A DNA stretch of 64,000 nucleotides from Escherichia phage wV7. A model generated the notes under the pieces. The model ran no database searches. It worked only from the letters and a program-made list of their open reading frames with translations, and was not told where the DNA came from. A program made the position numbers and the translations under genes. The stretch lies in sequence record NC_019505.1; one strand, given 5' to 3'. Positions 41,373 to 51,491 of this stretch are shown here, one piece after another; within the stretch, counting starts at the first letter, position 1; each line of letters begins with the position of its first letter.

Positions 41373-43637
41373 TCATAATTTACAGGATGAACAATCTTCA
41401 GCTTTTGGAGTTTCTATTTCATAATCATCAGTACCAGAACCATCACGGGTATTATGATAATAGAAATTTTTTCCGCCAAAATACCAAAAATACAAAAGGT
41501 CATCAATCATTATTGACATTGGAACCTTTCCTTTTGGAAAAATCTGCGGGTCATAATATGTATTCGCTGAAGCTGATTGACATACCCATTTCAGCATAAT
41601 AGCTACCTGCGTAAGATAAGGTTTATTACCTTTCTTAGCTAATTTCCATGTATAATCATATAGGTCTATGTTATGTTCAATATTGGGCACGACTTGATTA
41701 AAGGAACCCTCTTTTGATTCTTTAACAGAGACTGGTCCACGTGGAGGCTCGATACCGTTTGTACTGTTAGAAACTTGGGAAGATGACTCACATGGCATAA
41801 GTGCTGATAATGTGCTATTACGGATGCCAAAGAGCTTAAGGTCTTCCCGCAGCGACGACCAGTCACAAACGTATTTTGGAGATGCGATTTGGTCAATCTT
41901 TTTATTGTACCAGTCGATAGGTAATTCGCCTCGAGACCAACGAGTGTCTGAATAATATTCACAAGGTCCTTTTTCTTTGGCGAGTTTAATGGATGCTTTA
42001 ATGAGTCCATACTGTAATCTCTCAAATAGTTCATGTGTTAAATCGTTAGCATCTTCATAAGAAGCAAAGTTACTTGCCAACCAAGCTGCATAGTTAGTAA
42101 CACCTACACCGAGGTTACGACGCTTTTTAGCTTTTTCTGCTTCAGGAACTGGATATCCTTGGTAATCCAAAAGATTATCAAGAGCACGAACCTGGACTTC
42201 TGCCAATTCATTAATTTTATCTTGGTCTTGCCAGTCAAAATTATCCAGTACGAATGCAGAGAGAGTACACAATCCAATTTCAGCATCAGGACTATTCACA
42301 TCATTTGTTGGAATAGCAATTTCACAGCACAAGTTACTCTGACGAATAGGTGCCTTTTCACGAATAAACGGAGTATAGTTATTCGTATTATCAATGAACT
42401 GTACATAAATCCTTGCTGTTCCTGAGCGTTCAGTCATGAGCAATTCAAATAGTTCACGAGCTTTAATACGCTTTTTACGAATATTAGGGTCTTTTTCTGC
42501 GGCTTCATACAATTCACGGAAACGGTCTTGGTCTTTAAAATAAGAATAATAAAGCTCTCCGCCCATTTCATGGGGACTGAACAAAGTAATGTAATCGTTC
42601 TTTCCAAAACGTTCCATCATCAAATCATTCAGTTGAACACCATAATCCATATGACGAATGCGGTTTTCTTCTACGCCTTTGTTATTTTTCAAAACAAGAA
42701 GATTTTCAACTTCCAAATGCCAAATAGGATAATAAGCAGTAGCAGCGCCGCCACGAATTCCACCCTGTGAGCATGATTTAACAGCAGTCTGAAAATGTTT
42801 CCAAAAAGGAATAACACCAGTATGGCGTACTTCACCCATGCCAATCTTAGAACCTTCAGCACGAATCATACCAACGTTAATACCAATTCCAGCGCGTTTA
42901 GAGATATATTCAACAATTGAAGCGGAAGCCTTATTGATAGACTTTAATGAATCACCTGCCTCAATAACAACGCATGAACTAAACTGCCGGGTTGGAGTAC
43001 GGCAACCAGCCATAATAGGAGTTGGCAATGAAATCTGTCGAGTAGATACTGCTTCATAAAAACGGATAACGTGTTTTAATCTATCAACAGGTTCATCTTG
43101 ATGCAATGCCATTCCAATAGTCATAAATGCAAACTGTGGAGTTTCATAAATTTGACCAGTGGTTTTATCTTTAACTAGATATTTTTCTTTTAATTGCATC
43201 GCCCCGGAATAAGTAAATTCCATATCCCGCTCGTGCTTAATTTTTGATTCTAAAAATGTAATTTCTTCTGCAGAATATTTTGACAACAATTCAGGGTCGT
43301 ATTTACCTTCATTTACACAGTAAGAAATATGGTCAATAAATGAACGTGGTTCATACTGCCCATAAACATGCTTACGAAGAGCAAACATTAAACAGCGTGC
43401 AGCTACATATTGATAATCAGGTTCTTCAACCGAAATAGAATTCGCAGCGGCCTTAATGACAATAGTCTGAATATCATCAGTTGTCATTCCATCACGGAGA
43501 TAAGATTTAATATTTTCATATAATTCATAAGGATCTACTGATGTTCCTTCAGCTGCCCAAGATAAAACTTTAATAATTTTTTGTGGGTCAAAGCTCTGAG
43601 AAACACCACTACTTTTGATAACATTAATTAATTGCAT
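41373..43637 (-). CDS. nrdA: Ribonucleotide reductase large subunit (754 aa)
   Basis: Length 754 aa as T4 NrdA; class Ia RNR active-site cysteines and C-terminal CxxC tail. Confidence 0.95.
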   Translation of the reverse strand: MQLINVIKSSGVSQSFDPQKIIKVLSWAAEGTSVDPYELYENIKSYLRDGMTTDDIQTIVIKAAANSISVEEPDYQYVAARCLMFALRKHVYGQYEPRSFIDHISYCVNEGKYDPELLSKYSAEEITFLESKIKHERDMEFTYSGAMQLKEKYLVKDKTTGQIYETPQFAFMTIGMALHQDEPVDRLKHVIRFYEAVSTRQISLPTPIMAGCRTPTRQFSSCVVIEAGDSLKSINKASASIVEYISKRAGIGINVGMIRAEGSKIGMGEVRHTGVIPFWKHFQTAVKSCSQGGIRGGAATAYYPIWHLEVENLLVLKNNKGVEENRIRHMDYGVQLNDLMMERFGKNDYITLFSPHEMGGELYYSYFKDQDRFRELYEAAEKDPNIRKKRIKARELFELLMTERSGTARIYVQFIDNTNNYTPFIREKAPIRQSNLCCEIAIPTNDVNSPDAEIGLCTLSAFVLDNFDWQDQDKINELAEVQVRALDNLLDYQGYPVPEAEKAKKRRNLGVGVTNYAAWLASNFASYEDANDLTHELFERLQYGLIKASIKLAKEKGPCEYYSDTRWSRGELPIDWYNKKIDQIASPKYVCDWSSLREDLKLFGIRNSTLSALMPCESSSQVSNSTNGIEPPRGPVSVKESKEGSFNQVVPNIEHNIDLYDYTWKLAKKGNKPYLTQVAIMLKWVCQSASANTYYDPQIFPKGKVPMSIMIDDLLYFWYFGGKNFYYHNTRDGSGTDDYEIETPKAEDCSSCKL

Positions 43638-43954
43638 AAGTCCTCAACTTGAAAATCGTCTTTAAACAATCGGTTAACTATATGAGCTATTATATCACCA
43701 TGACACGGCTTTGGTTTACATGTGCATCCTAGCCTCATTCCACGTAAAGGCTCTAAATGTGCTTTAGTTATTTCTCCGGATTTAATTCGACGTATAAAAT
43801 CTTTTTTGAATAATTCAATGGCAGCCTCCCGGCTGCCAGCATCTTTACCGACGTAATTTCCCCAAAATGTACCACGGTGAATATTAACATCAAAGTCGGA
43901 TTTATATTTATTCACTACTCGGCATATACGGCCTGCGCGGTTGTAAGTGTTCAT
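43628..43954 (-). CDS. Small protein with GN(Y/P)(V/F) and C-x-C-x-P-x-P-C-H-G-D motifs (DUF4326-like, 108 aa)
   Basis: [10 protein letters not shown] and [13 protein letters not shown] motifs; the family assignment is from memory. Confidence 0.55.
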   Translation of the reverse strand: MNTYNRAGRICRVVNKYKSDFDVNIHRGTFWGNYVGKDAGSREAAIELFKKDFIRRIKSGEITKAHLEPLRGMRLGCTCKPKPCHGDIIAHIVNRLFKDDFQVEDLCN

Positions 43955-44171
43955 ATTGTTCTTCCGTTAAAACAGTAATATCGTAGTAACAGTCAGAAGA
44001 AGTTTTAACTGTGGAAATTTTATTATCAAAATACTCACGAGTCATTTTATGAGTATAATATTTTTTGCCATAAATGATAATAGGCTGATTTGGTCCTGGA
44101 ACTTCTAACTCACTTGGATTAGGAAGTGTAAAAAGAACTACACCAGAAGTATCTTTAAATCGTAAAATCAT
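43908..44171 (-). CDS. Hypothetical protein (87 aa, nrdA.2-like position)
   Basis: ORF-track start 44183 is TTG; ATG at 44171 preceded by GAGGA. Confidence 0.5.
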   Translation of the reverse strand: MILRFKDTSGVVLFTLPNPSELEVPGPNQPIIIYGKKYYTHKMTREYFDNKISTVKTSSDCYYDITVLTEEQYEHLQPRRPYMPSSE

Positions 44172-44191
44172 ATATCCTCGCAATAATAAAA

Positions 44192-45052
44192 TTACACCGC
44201 CATCTTTCCTTTAATAGGAGGATGTGATTCATAGTTGTTAAGAACAAAATTATGAGGCTTTGCAAATTGACTCAACCAAAATACCTGCGATTCTGTGTCC
44301 CATTCATCAAATTCATCTGGAAATTTTAATTGTAATTCGCATAAATCCATAGGTTCACGACATAAAATTTCTTTACATTGTTCTACGTGATTCATATAGA
44401 TATGAGTATTACCACCAGAAAATATCAAATCTCCCGGAATAAGATTACACATCTTAGCTACAATATGAACTAACGTAGCATATGATGCAATATTAAATGG
44501 AAGACCGAGGAAAACATCTACCGAACGTTGATACCACTGAAGGTCAAGGTATCCATTACGCACATTAAACTGATAGAACATATGACAAGGCGGTAATGCC
44601 ATATATTTAAGTTCAGCTGGATTCCACGCAGAAACAATTTGACGCCTATCATTTGGCAGTTTTTTAATACGATCAATAACTTCTATAATTTGATCTACAC
44701 CGCCAAAATCACGCCACTGTTTTCCATAAATTGGACCAAGTTCACCGCTATGGTATCCTAAATCTTTTGCTTGATTTTCGTAATTTTCATCCCAGACTGT
44801 TTTGCCTTGAATTAATGAATCATGTTGAATTAATCGCAAATCATTGACATTTGTGCTTCCTGATAAAAACCATATTAGCTCAGCAATGCATGCATTCCAG
44901 GCGAGCTTTTTAGTTGTTACTGCAGGAAAACCTTTGGTTAAATCCCAACGCAATTTAGTACCGAACAAAGCAATTGTTCCTGTGCCCGTTCGGTCATCGG
45001 TTTCATAGCCATTTTCAAAAATGTCTTTAATTAAATCTTGGTATTGTTTCAT
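44192..45052 (-). CDS. td: Thymidylate synthase, uninterrupted (286 aa)
   Basis: [31 protein letters not shown]...; active-site region PPCH present; continuous ORF through the position where T4 td carries its group I intron. Confidence 0.95.
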   Translation of the reverse strand: MKQYQDLIKDIFENGYETDDRTGTGTIALFGTKLRWDLTKGFPAVTTKKLAWNACIAELIWFLSGSTNVNDLRLIQHDSLIQGKTVWDENYENQAKDLGYHSGELGPIYGKQWRDFGGVDQIIEVIDRIKKLPNDRRQIVSAWNPAELKYMALPPCHMFYQFNVRNGYLDLQWYQRSVDVFLGLPFNIASYATLVHIVAKMCNLIPGDLIFSGGNTHIYMNHVEQCKEILCREPMDLCELQLKFPDEFDEWDTESQVFWLSQFAKPHNFVLNNYESHPPIKGKMAV

Positions 45053-45097
45053 TTAGTACCTTATATAAATTATAATACATTTTATGAAGCTAAATAA

Positions 45098-45445
45098 TCA
45101 ATACGGTTTAGCATCAAATTTTCTCTCAATTTCAGGCGTGAAATATAATTCTTTACCGCGTTTGGAAAAGCGACCAATAATATGATAATTATTCTCATCA
45201 AACGTGATATTACCAATATCCATAGCTTTCAACCAAATATCGATATTTCTATCCAGCTTTATGTCAAAATTCCAATACGGAGAACTATTACCGAAAATAC
45301 TACAAGCGGATTCAGTGAAACAACTGCTATAAATCTTGTCTTTAGGAACTACTAATTGATAGACACCTTTAATAAACTGAGGACCCTGCCACTTTGGCTG
45401 TTTCTCATCTTTTTCTAATAGAATAGGGTAATAATTAAAATTCAT
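45098..45445 (-). CDS. Hypothetical protein (115 aa) inserted between frd and td
   Basis: Intact ATG-initiated ORF occupying the ~400-bp gap between the frd stop and td start. Confidence 0.55.
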   Translation of the reverse strand: MNFNYYPILLEKDEKQPKWQGPQFIKGVYQLVVPKDKIYSSCFTESACSIFGNSSPYWNFDIKLDRNIDIWLKAMDIGNITFDENNYHIIGRFSKRGKELYFTPEIERKFDAKPY

Positions 45446-45464
45446 ATTTCCGCCGCGCGTTATT

Positions 45465-46384
<920 letters not shown>

Positions 46385-46476
46385 TATATTTTCCTCAAAT
46401 TCATTTAAATCAAGACTATGCAATTTTTAAAGCATTGCATAATAGAATTCATCATTCATAAACTCAAATACAAAAA

Positions 46477-46836
46477 TTATATTATCTCCCATCGAAAAGG
46501 GTCAGGAGCATATCCGATAGAGTTAATCATTTTAACTAAAGTTACCATTCCTTTGTTAACTGCTTGTGCGATTTCATCAAAAACTTCATCGCTATCATCA
46601 TAAAGGTCATTAAAAAGTTCTAACACGTTCTTCTGAACTTTTAATTTATGACCAACAATCTCGCCTACAGTAAATTCGTTTCCGCCGATTCCAGTGTAAA
46701 ACGTAATTACACCAGTTAACAGACTTTCGCGAGAATCTAGGTCATGTGATAAATTAATATAAGCCATCCCGGGTGCAGTTTTAAGTTGGCAACGAATTCT
46801 TACTTGGGTAATTCCGGTTACATGAATGTCGGACAT
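46477..46836 (-). CDS. Hypothetical protein (119 aa)
   Basis: ORF track extends to 47001; ATG at 46836 preceded by GAGGAAAA. Confidence 0.5.
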   Translation of the reverse strand: MSDIHVTGITQVRIRCQLKTAPGMAYINLSHDLDSRESLLTGVITFYTGIGGNEFTVGEIVGHKLKVQKNVLELFNDLYDDSDEVFDEIAQAVNKGMVTLVKMINSIGYAPDPFRWEII

Positions 46837-46846
46837 ATTATTTTCC

Positions 46847-47086
46847 TCACGCTTTCTTAGCGACTTTCCAGTCAGCTTTAAATTGGTCAACGTCAGAGTG
46901 ATGAATCCAGAAACCAGATGAGCTACCATCTTCATAAAGAGGACAACCATCACACTCATCTTCCCATCCCATATCACGTAAAAGATGTTCAGCTTTTTCA
47001 ATGAGTTCAGAATCTTTACCGATGATATTAAAATACCATTTACCTCTAACTTCTGAATCTTTGATGCTCTGGCGTTGTAATCTCAT
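46847..47086 (-). CDS. Hypothetical protein (79 aa)
   Basis: ORF track extends to 47176; ATG at 47086 preceded by GAGGAGAA. Confidence 0.5.
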   Translation of the reverse strand: MRLQRQSIKDSEVRGKWYFNIIGKDSELIEKAEHLLRDMGWEDECDGCPLYEDGSSSGFWIHHSDVDQFKADWKVAKKA

Positions 47087-47144
47087 TTTATTCTCCTCAA
47101 GTTGATAGGGTAATAGTATCACACTACTACCCTGTTGTAAACAA

Positions 47145-47405
47145 TTATTTTTGAATTTTATCGAGCCACTTACCAAGCTTAATCATTTCTTTAGTAGCCT
47201 TTTCCATACTTCTGAACTTAACCAATAGAGGATAGGTATCGACACCCATAACTAAACTGGTTACAAGACTGTGTTCACCCACAAGCCATAACGAATACGT
47301 TTGAATATCGAGTCCGTAATTTCTGTCTTTATGGACCCGTACACCCATCACTTCAAATTTCTCACTAGCTTTTTCTACCGCATCCAGGAAATCATCTTTA
47401 GTCAT
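47145..47405 (-). CDS. Hypothetical protein (87 aa)
   Basis: ATG at 47405 lies directly after the upstream ORF stop; the ORF-track start 47447 is inside the neighbour. Confidence 0.5.
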   Translation of the reverse strand: MTKDDFLDAVEKASEKFEVMGVRVHKDRNYGLDIQTYSLWLVGEHSLVTSLVMGVDTYPLLVKFRSMEKATKEMIKLGKWLDKIQK

Positions 47406-47406
47406 A

Positions 47407-47793
47407 TTAGGCCTTAAAAGTTTTTCGCAAAAGTTCAATGATTTCATCTACATTGTTTTCGTCAACAATGCAGTGAATTTTTGTTACGCCAGAAACTATA
47501 CCTTCATTAGCGGATTGAGGCTTTTCTAAAGTTACCTCAGTAAAGTATTTGAATTCTTCAGAGTAAATCTCAAAATACGTCTCAAGTGGGCCACCCGCCA
47601 TGTATTCAGTGCCGTCTTCCATAGTTACACGTACCACACAGTCACCAGCACAATCATCACTTTCCATTTCATCTACAACAAAACTAGGTCCGTGCTTCTC
47701 TATTAAATTTAGCATCATTACATTGCAACGGCACTCGTTAGCAAAGTCATTTTTAAATAAAGGGTTAATGATATAAGTTTTTCCAACTTCCAC
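47407..47793 (-). CDS. Hypothetical protein (128 aa), apparent GTG start
   Basis: Start codon at 47793 is GTG with GAGGAAA upstream; Cys-rich N-terminal segment. Confidence 0.45.
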   Translation of the reverse strand: MEVGKTYIINPLFKNDFANECRCNVMMLNLIEKHGPSFVVDEMESDDCAGDCVVRVTMEDGTEYMAGGPLETYFEIYSEEFKYFTEVTLEKPQSANEGIVSGVTKIHCIVDENNVDEIIELLRKTFKA

Positions 47794-47839
47794 TTTGATT
47801 TCCTCATTTTAACGGGGCTATCAAATAGCCCCTTGATAA

Positions 47840-48070
47840 TTATTGTTCAATCAGTCCCATGTAAAATTCTGCGTCTTCAGAATCCATGCCATCGCAATAT
47901 TCATTAGCCATAAAGCGGGTAAGGTCTTCAAGAGGACCTTCAATGACAATAGAAAAATTGCAATAATTGGGATCATCATGAATACTTGTGATACTAAGTT
48001 CAGGATAACGATTACGAATAATCTCTTCAATATATTCAAAATCAACGATGTCAATATCAACTTTAGCCAT
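47840..48070 (-). CDS. Hypothetical acidic protein (76 aa)
   Basis: ORF track extends to 48196; ATG at 48070 preceded by AGAGGAAA. Confidence 0.5.
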   Translation of the reverse strand: MAKVDIDIVDFEYIEEIIRNRYPELSITSIHDDPNYCNFSIVIEGPLEDLTRFMANEYCDGMDSEDAEFYMGLIEQ

Positions 48071-48113
48071 ATTATTTTCCTCTTTAATCATCAGCAGTAT
48101 TGCCGATAGTTGT

Positions 48114-48142
48114 ATAGTACCATGGAAGGACAAGGATGTAAA
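48114..48142 (-). promoter_or_regulatory. Putative sigma70-type early promoter (TTTACA-17 nt-TACTAT)
   Basis: On the minus strand, -35-like TTTACA and -10-like TACTAT with 17-nt spacing upstream of the 76-aa ORF; speculative. Confidence 0.3.
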
Positions 48143-48159
48143 CAGTTTTGTGAAAAAAT

Positions 48160-48194
48160 TTTTGAAAATAAAAAAGGGGACCTCTAGGGTCCCC
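48160..48194 (-). terminator. Rho-independent terminator after gene 32
   Basis: Transcribed strand GGGGACC-CTAGA-GGTCCCC followed by TTTTTTATTTTC. Confidence 0.7.
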
Positions 48195-48217
48195 AATTAA
48201 TTAGTAATTATAATCTA

Positions 48218-49126
48218 TTAAAGGTCATTCAAAAGGTCATCCAGGTCCGTGTCATCAGCACTAGATGAACTACCAGAGCTTGAGCTCATAAAATCATCTT
48301 CAGTTTTTGTATTGAAGTCATCAACATTGAATGCATCCAAATCATCAGCAACTTTATCAGCTTTCTTAGCAGCAGTTGCAGCGGCACCGCCCATCACAGC
48401 AGTTCCCATAACTTGACCGAATTTAGTATTCAGTTCTTCAAACGATTTGAATTTATCTTTAGAAGTCATTTCAGAAAGGTCAACCATTTGTTCGAACAGT
48501 TCTTTCTGGAAAGATTCATCGTCAATGTTTGGAATCGCAGATTGATTCAGGAATTTAGATTCGTCGTAGTTACTAAAACCAGAAACTTGTTTAACTTTCA
48601 GTACAAAGTTAGCACCTTCCCACGGACAAGTTACATCAACCGGAGTTTCACCCATTTCAACATCAACTGCAATCATTGCATTGATTTTATCCCAGATTTT
48701 CTTACCGAAACGGTATTTAAATACTTTACCTTCATTTTCTGGAGCAGCTGGGTCTTTTACTACAAGAATGTTAGCCCAGTAAGAAGTTTTACGTTTAACA
48801 AGACCGTACTCTTTATTGTCAGTGTTGTATAAATCATTTTTACTGATGTATTGACATACTGGGCAAGAATCGTAATCACCGTGGGTAGATGAACAGTTTT
48901 CAATATACCATTTACCATTTTTCTTGAAACCGTGATTTACAAGAATTGCGAATGGTGCTTGTTCATCATTTTTAGACGGAAGAAAACGAATTACTGCTTG
49001 ACCGTTACCCGCATTGTCGAGTTTCAGTTTCCACTCGCCTTTATCTTCAGAAGAAAAACCACCTTTATTTCCAGCCAGTTTAGCCATTTGTGCAGCGAGT
49101 TCAGCAGTAGATTTACGTTTAAACAT
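48218..49126 (-). CDS. 32: gp32 single-stranded DNA-binding protein (302 aa)
   Basis: [17 protein letters not shown]...; acidic Ser-rich C-terminus; matches recalled T4 gp32. Confidence 0.95.
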   Translation of the reverse strand: MFKRKSTAELAAQMAKLAGNKGGFSSEDKGEWKLKLDNAGNGQAVIRFLPSKNDEQAPFAILVNHGFKKNGKWYIENCSSTHGDYDSCPVCQYISKNDLYNTDNKEYGLVKRKTSYWANILVVKDPAAPENEGKVFKYRFGKKIWDKINAMIAVDVEMGETPVDVTCPWEGANFVLKVKQVSGFSNYDESKFLNQSAIPNIDDESFQKELFEQMVDLSEMTSKDKFKSFEELNTKFGQVMGTAVMGGAAATAAKKADKVADDLDAFNVDDFNTKTEDDFMSSSSGSSSSADDTDLDDLLNDL

Positions 49127-49183
49127 TTTTATTTCCTTTTTAATTTAATTAACAGTTGGTGCTATGACGATGTATGACCTCAT
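49127..49183 (-). promoter_or_regulatory. Gene 32 translational operator: leader pseudoknot plus A/U-rich gp32-binding region
   Basis: Leader reads ...CUGACCAGCUAUGAGGUCAUACAUCGUCAUAGCACC... (two interleaved stems) then AACUGUUAAUUAAAUUAAAAAGGAAAUAA-AUG, as recalled for T4 gene 32. Confidence 0.6.
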
Positions 49184-49199
49184 AGCTGGTCAGTGAGAT

Positions 49200-49207
49200 A
49201 ATTATAA
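49200..49207 (-). promoter_or_regulatory. Late promoter box TATAAATA upstream of gene 32, overlapping a MotA-box-like TTGCTTA
   Basis: Minus strand reads aTTGCTTAttaTAAATAgatTATAAT, consistent with stacked middle and late promoters. Confidence 0.45.
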
Positions 49208-49225
49208 TCTATTTATAATAAGCAA

Positions 49226-49879
49226 TTAATACTTGCAAGATTTCACAGTTTCAATGAAAACATTTTTAGCTTTCTGTGAATCAATATTTAAAATTTTTCT
49301 ATAAGCCTTTAACTTTATAGAATAATTATTCCAGACTAAATTATCAGTCTGTTCATCATGTTTATCAATTATATTTAAAAATGAATCAAGCAAGATAAAC
49401 GTTTCAAACGAAATTATGTTCGACTGAAGCAGTTTAAAAATATAACTTGATTGAACCTTTGGATTATATTCAAAGATTTCTTTAAAAGCAGAAACTTCAA
49501 CTTTTTTACTAAAATAATAAATGTTGCGAATATCTTCTTCAAACTTAAATTTAATTTGCTTTAAGCGTCCGATATATTCACGATAAAACACAAGTGCATC
49601 AGCGTCAGAGATGTCACCAATCCAAGCATCTTGGTTAGCAACCAAATTGCTTATAAAGATTAAAGCAAGTTCCTTTAATTTATATTTTTCTGATAACTTC
49701 TGGAAAAAATACTTATCCCTTCGCTTTTGATAAGCGGCATCAGACACCCGCATGCACCAATTATACTTAATAACATCATACTTTCCATTCATATGTTGTT
49801 TTATCATTAAGTATAATTTATAAACTGATTTACCATCAATGTATCTTTCACCACCAGCAGGCATGCGGAGTTTAATCAT
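49226..49879 (-). CDS. 59: gp59 helicase loader (217 aa)
   Basis: Length 217 aa and sequence consistent with recalled T4 gp59; synteny 32-59-33. Confidence 0.85.
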   Translation of the reverse strand: MIKLRMPAGGERYIDGKSVYKLYLMIKQHMNGKYDVIKYNWCMRVSDAAYQKRRDKYFFQKLSEKYKLKELALIFISNLVANQDAWIGDISDADALVFYREYIGRLKQIKFKFEEDIRNIYYFSKKVEVSAFKEIFEYNPKVQSSYIFKLLQSNIISFETFILLDSFLNIIDKHDEQTDNLVWNNYSIKLKAYRKILNIDSQKAKNVFIETVKSCKY

Positions 49880-50214
49880 AGTAGAAAATCTAATGTATTA
49901 GTTTTTTCACAACGAACAACAGAAGGACGTAAAAGATTTTCGTCAATAGCTTCTGACTGAATTTTTTCAATTATACCCGAAGGAATAAATTTAGCAAATT
50001 GAGTTTCAGGAATAGAATTTTCTTCCAAGAATGCTGTCGTAGCTTCAAGATAACTCATTCCAAACTCTTCTACCATTTTTTCAATAATAAATCCATTTTC
50101 TTGGCGGTCAAGAAGCTTTGCAATTTCATCCTTTTCTTTCTTAATTGAAAGTTCTTTTTCTGAAAGCCCGGCCTCATCGACCGGGCGAATATCATTTAGA
50201 GAAAACTGTGTCAT
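49876..50214 (-). CDS. 33: gp33 late transcription co-activator (112 aa)
   Basis: ORF track starts 3 codons upstream; ATG at 50214 gives MTQFSLNDIRPVDE... and 112 aa as T4 gp33. Confidence 0.8.
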   Translation of the reverse strand: MTQFSLNDIRPVDEAGLSEKELSIKKEKDEIAKLLDRQENGFIIEKMVEEFGMSYLEATTAFLEENSIPETQFAKFIPSGIIEKIQSEAIDENLLRPSVVRCEKTNTLDFLL

Positions 50215-50461
50215 AAAGTTCAACTACCTCTTCAGTTTCAGCTTCAAACACATCACGGTTATCTTTATGATATAGAGCCAAAAGACGATTAAACATCTTG
50301 CCATCAACACCAAGTTCATCTTTGGCACGAATTCGAATATCTTTAATCAATTCATTATAACCGGAAATTTTCAGTTTATGATCAGATGCTTCTTTAATAA
50401 ATTTAGCCAAGTCTTCGCCGTGGATAGCTTCATCAAATTCAACCATTTCTTTTTTAGCCAT
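50192..50461 (-). CDS. dsbA: DsbA, double-stranded DNA-binding protein (89 aa)
   Basis: Length 89 aa; sequence consistent with recalled T4 DsbA. Confidence 0.8.
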   Translation of the reverse strand: MAKKEMVEFDEAIHGEDLAKFIKEASDHKLKISGYNELIKDIRIRAKDELGVDGKMFNRLLALYHKDNRDVFEAETEEVVELYDTVFSK

Positions 50462-50469
50462 TATTCACC

Positions 50470-51387
50470 TCAAAATTCATTAATGCTATTAGTTAATTTA
50501 GAAAGACCCGCTTTTACAAAATATGAATAAATTTTGCCACGCGGTGGTAATTTATATGAATTATAGTAATTCACAATGTTTGAAGCAATATTATCAGGAA
50601 TATAATCAAAATCAATTAGAACTAAATTTTCTTTATAACGATTATATTCAGATTCTGTTAGAAGCACCTTAGCTTGCTCACGGTCATTAGCAATAGCTTC
50701 AACGATTGAAGTTTTCATTGAAGGGGTTCGTTCACCTTCAACTTTGGTAAACCAAAAGTCAGATCGTACTTTAACTGAAGCAACGTTATCCTTTTTGTCG
50801 CCTTTAAGGATTTTAGTCATACAGTCAATTTCAGCAGAACCGCTTTTAATTTTAACCCATTTCTTGTGCATCGGTGACCATTGCTTAACATTTGGATATT
50901 TGTGAAGTTGAGTAAAGTCACCATCAGATGAAATGATTAAAATCTTGTGTCCTTCTAAAGAGAACTTTTTAACAAGAACAGCAATGTGGTCATCTGCTTC
51001 ATACTTATCGATATCCATAACAATGTATGGCATATAAGCTTTCAATTCATCTATAACTTTATGACTGGATTCAAAATAACCTTCCCAGTCCCAAGTAGAT
51101 TCTTCTCGTGCTTTTCCACGGTTTTTCTTATAATAATACGCGAAATCACGACGCCAATATCCAGATTTCGCATTATCAATACACAGTACAATTTTAGTGT
51201 ATCCAAGAGTTTTTGCTTTTTTGACATTAAACTTAATTGAGTTCAATATCAAATGACGAACCATTGATAAATTAATTTTTTCTTTATCTGGAAAGTTTAC
51301 CAAAGCAGTTGAAAGCGCAATTTGACTAAAGTCAATAAAGCAAATTCCTTCTTTGTAATCTTCATCCAGCATCATTTCTAAATCCAT
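50470..51387 (-). CDS. rnh: RNase H, 5'-3' exonuclease (FEN family, 305 aa)
   Basis: ATG at 51387 (GAGG SD) gives MDLEMMLDEDYKEG... and 305 aa as T4 RNase H; ORF track starts 5 codons upstream. Confidence 0.9.
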   Translation of the reverse strand: MDLEMMLDEDYKEGICFIDFSQIALSTALVNFPDKEKINLSMVRHLILNSIKFNVKKAKTLGYTKIVLCIDNAKSGYWRRDFAYYYKKNRGKAREESTWDWEGYFESSHKVIDELKAYMPYIVMDIDKYEADDHIAVLVKKFSLEGHKILIISSDGDFTQLHKYPNVKQWSPMHKKWVKIKSGSAEIDCMTKILKGDKKDNVASVKVRSDFWFTKVEGERTPSMKTSIVEAIANDREQAKVLLTESEYNRYKENLVLIDFDYIPDNIASNIVNYYNSYKLPPRGKIYSYFVKAGLSKLTNSINEF

Positions 51388-51449
51388 ATGAACCTCGTTC
51401 AATTAGTGAGATTTCTATTATATACCATCCAAATCTTAAAGTAAACAAG

Positions 51450-51457
51450 TATAAATA
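51450..51457 (+). promoter_or_regulatory. T4 late promoter box TATAAATA upstream of gene 34
   Basis: Exact TATAAATA 35 nt upstream of gene 34 ATG. Confidence 0.5.
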
Positions 51458-51491
51458 CTTATTATTGAAAACACAATAGGAGCCCGGGAGA

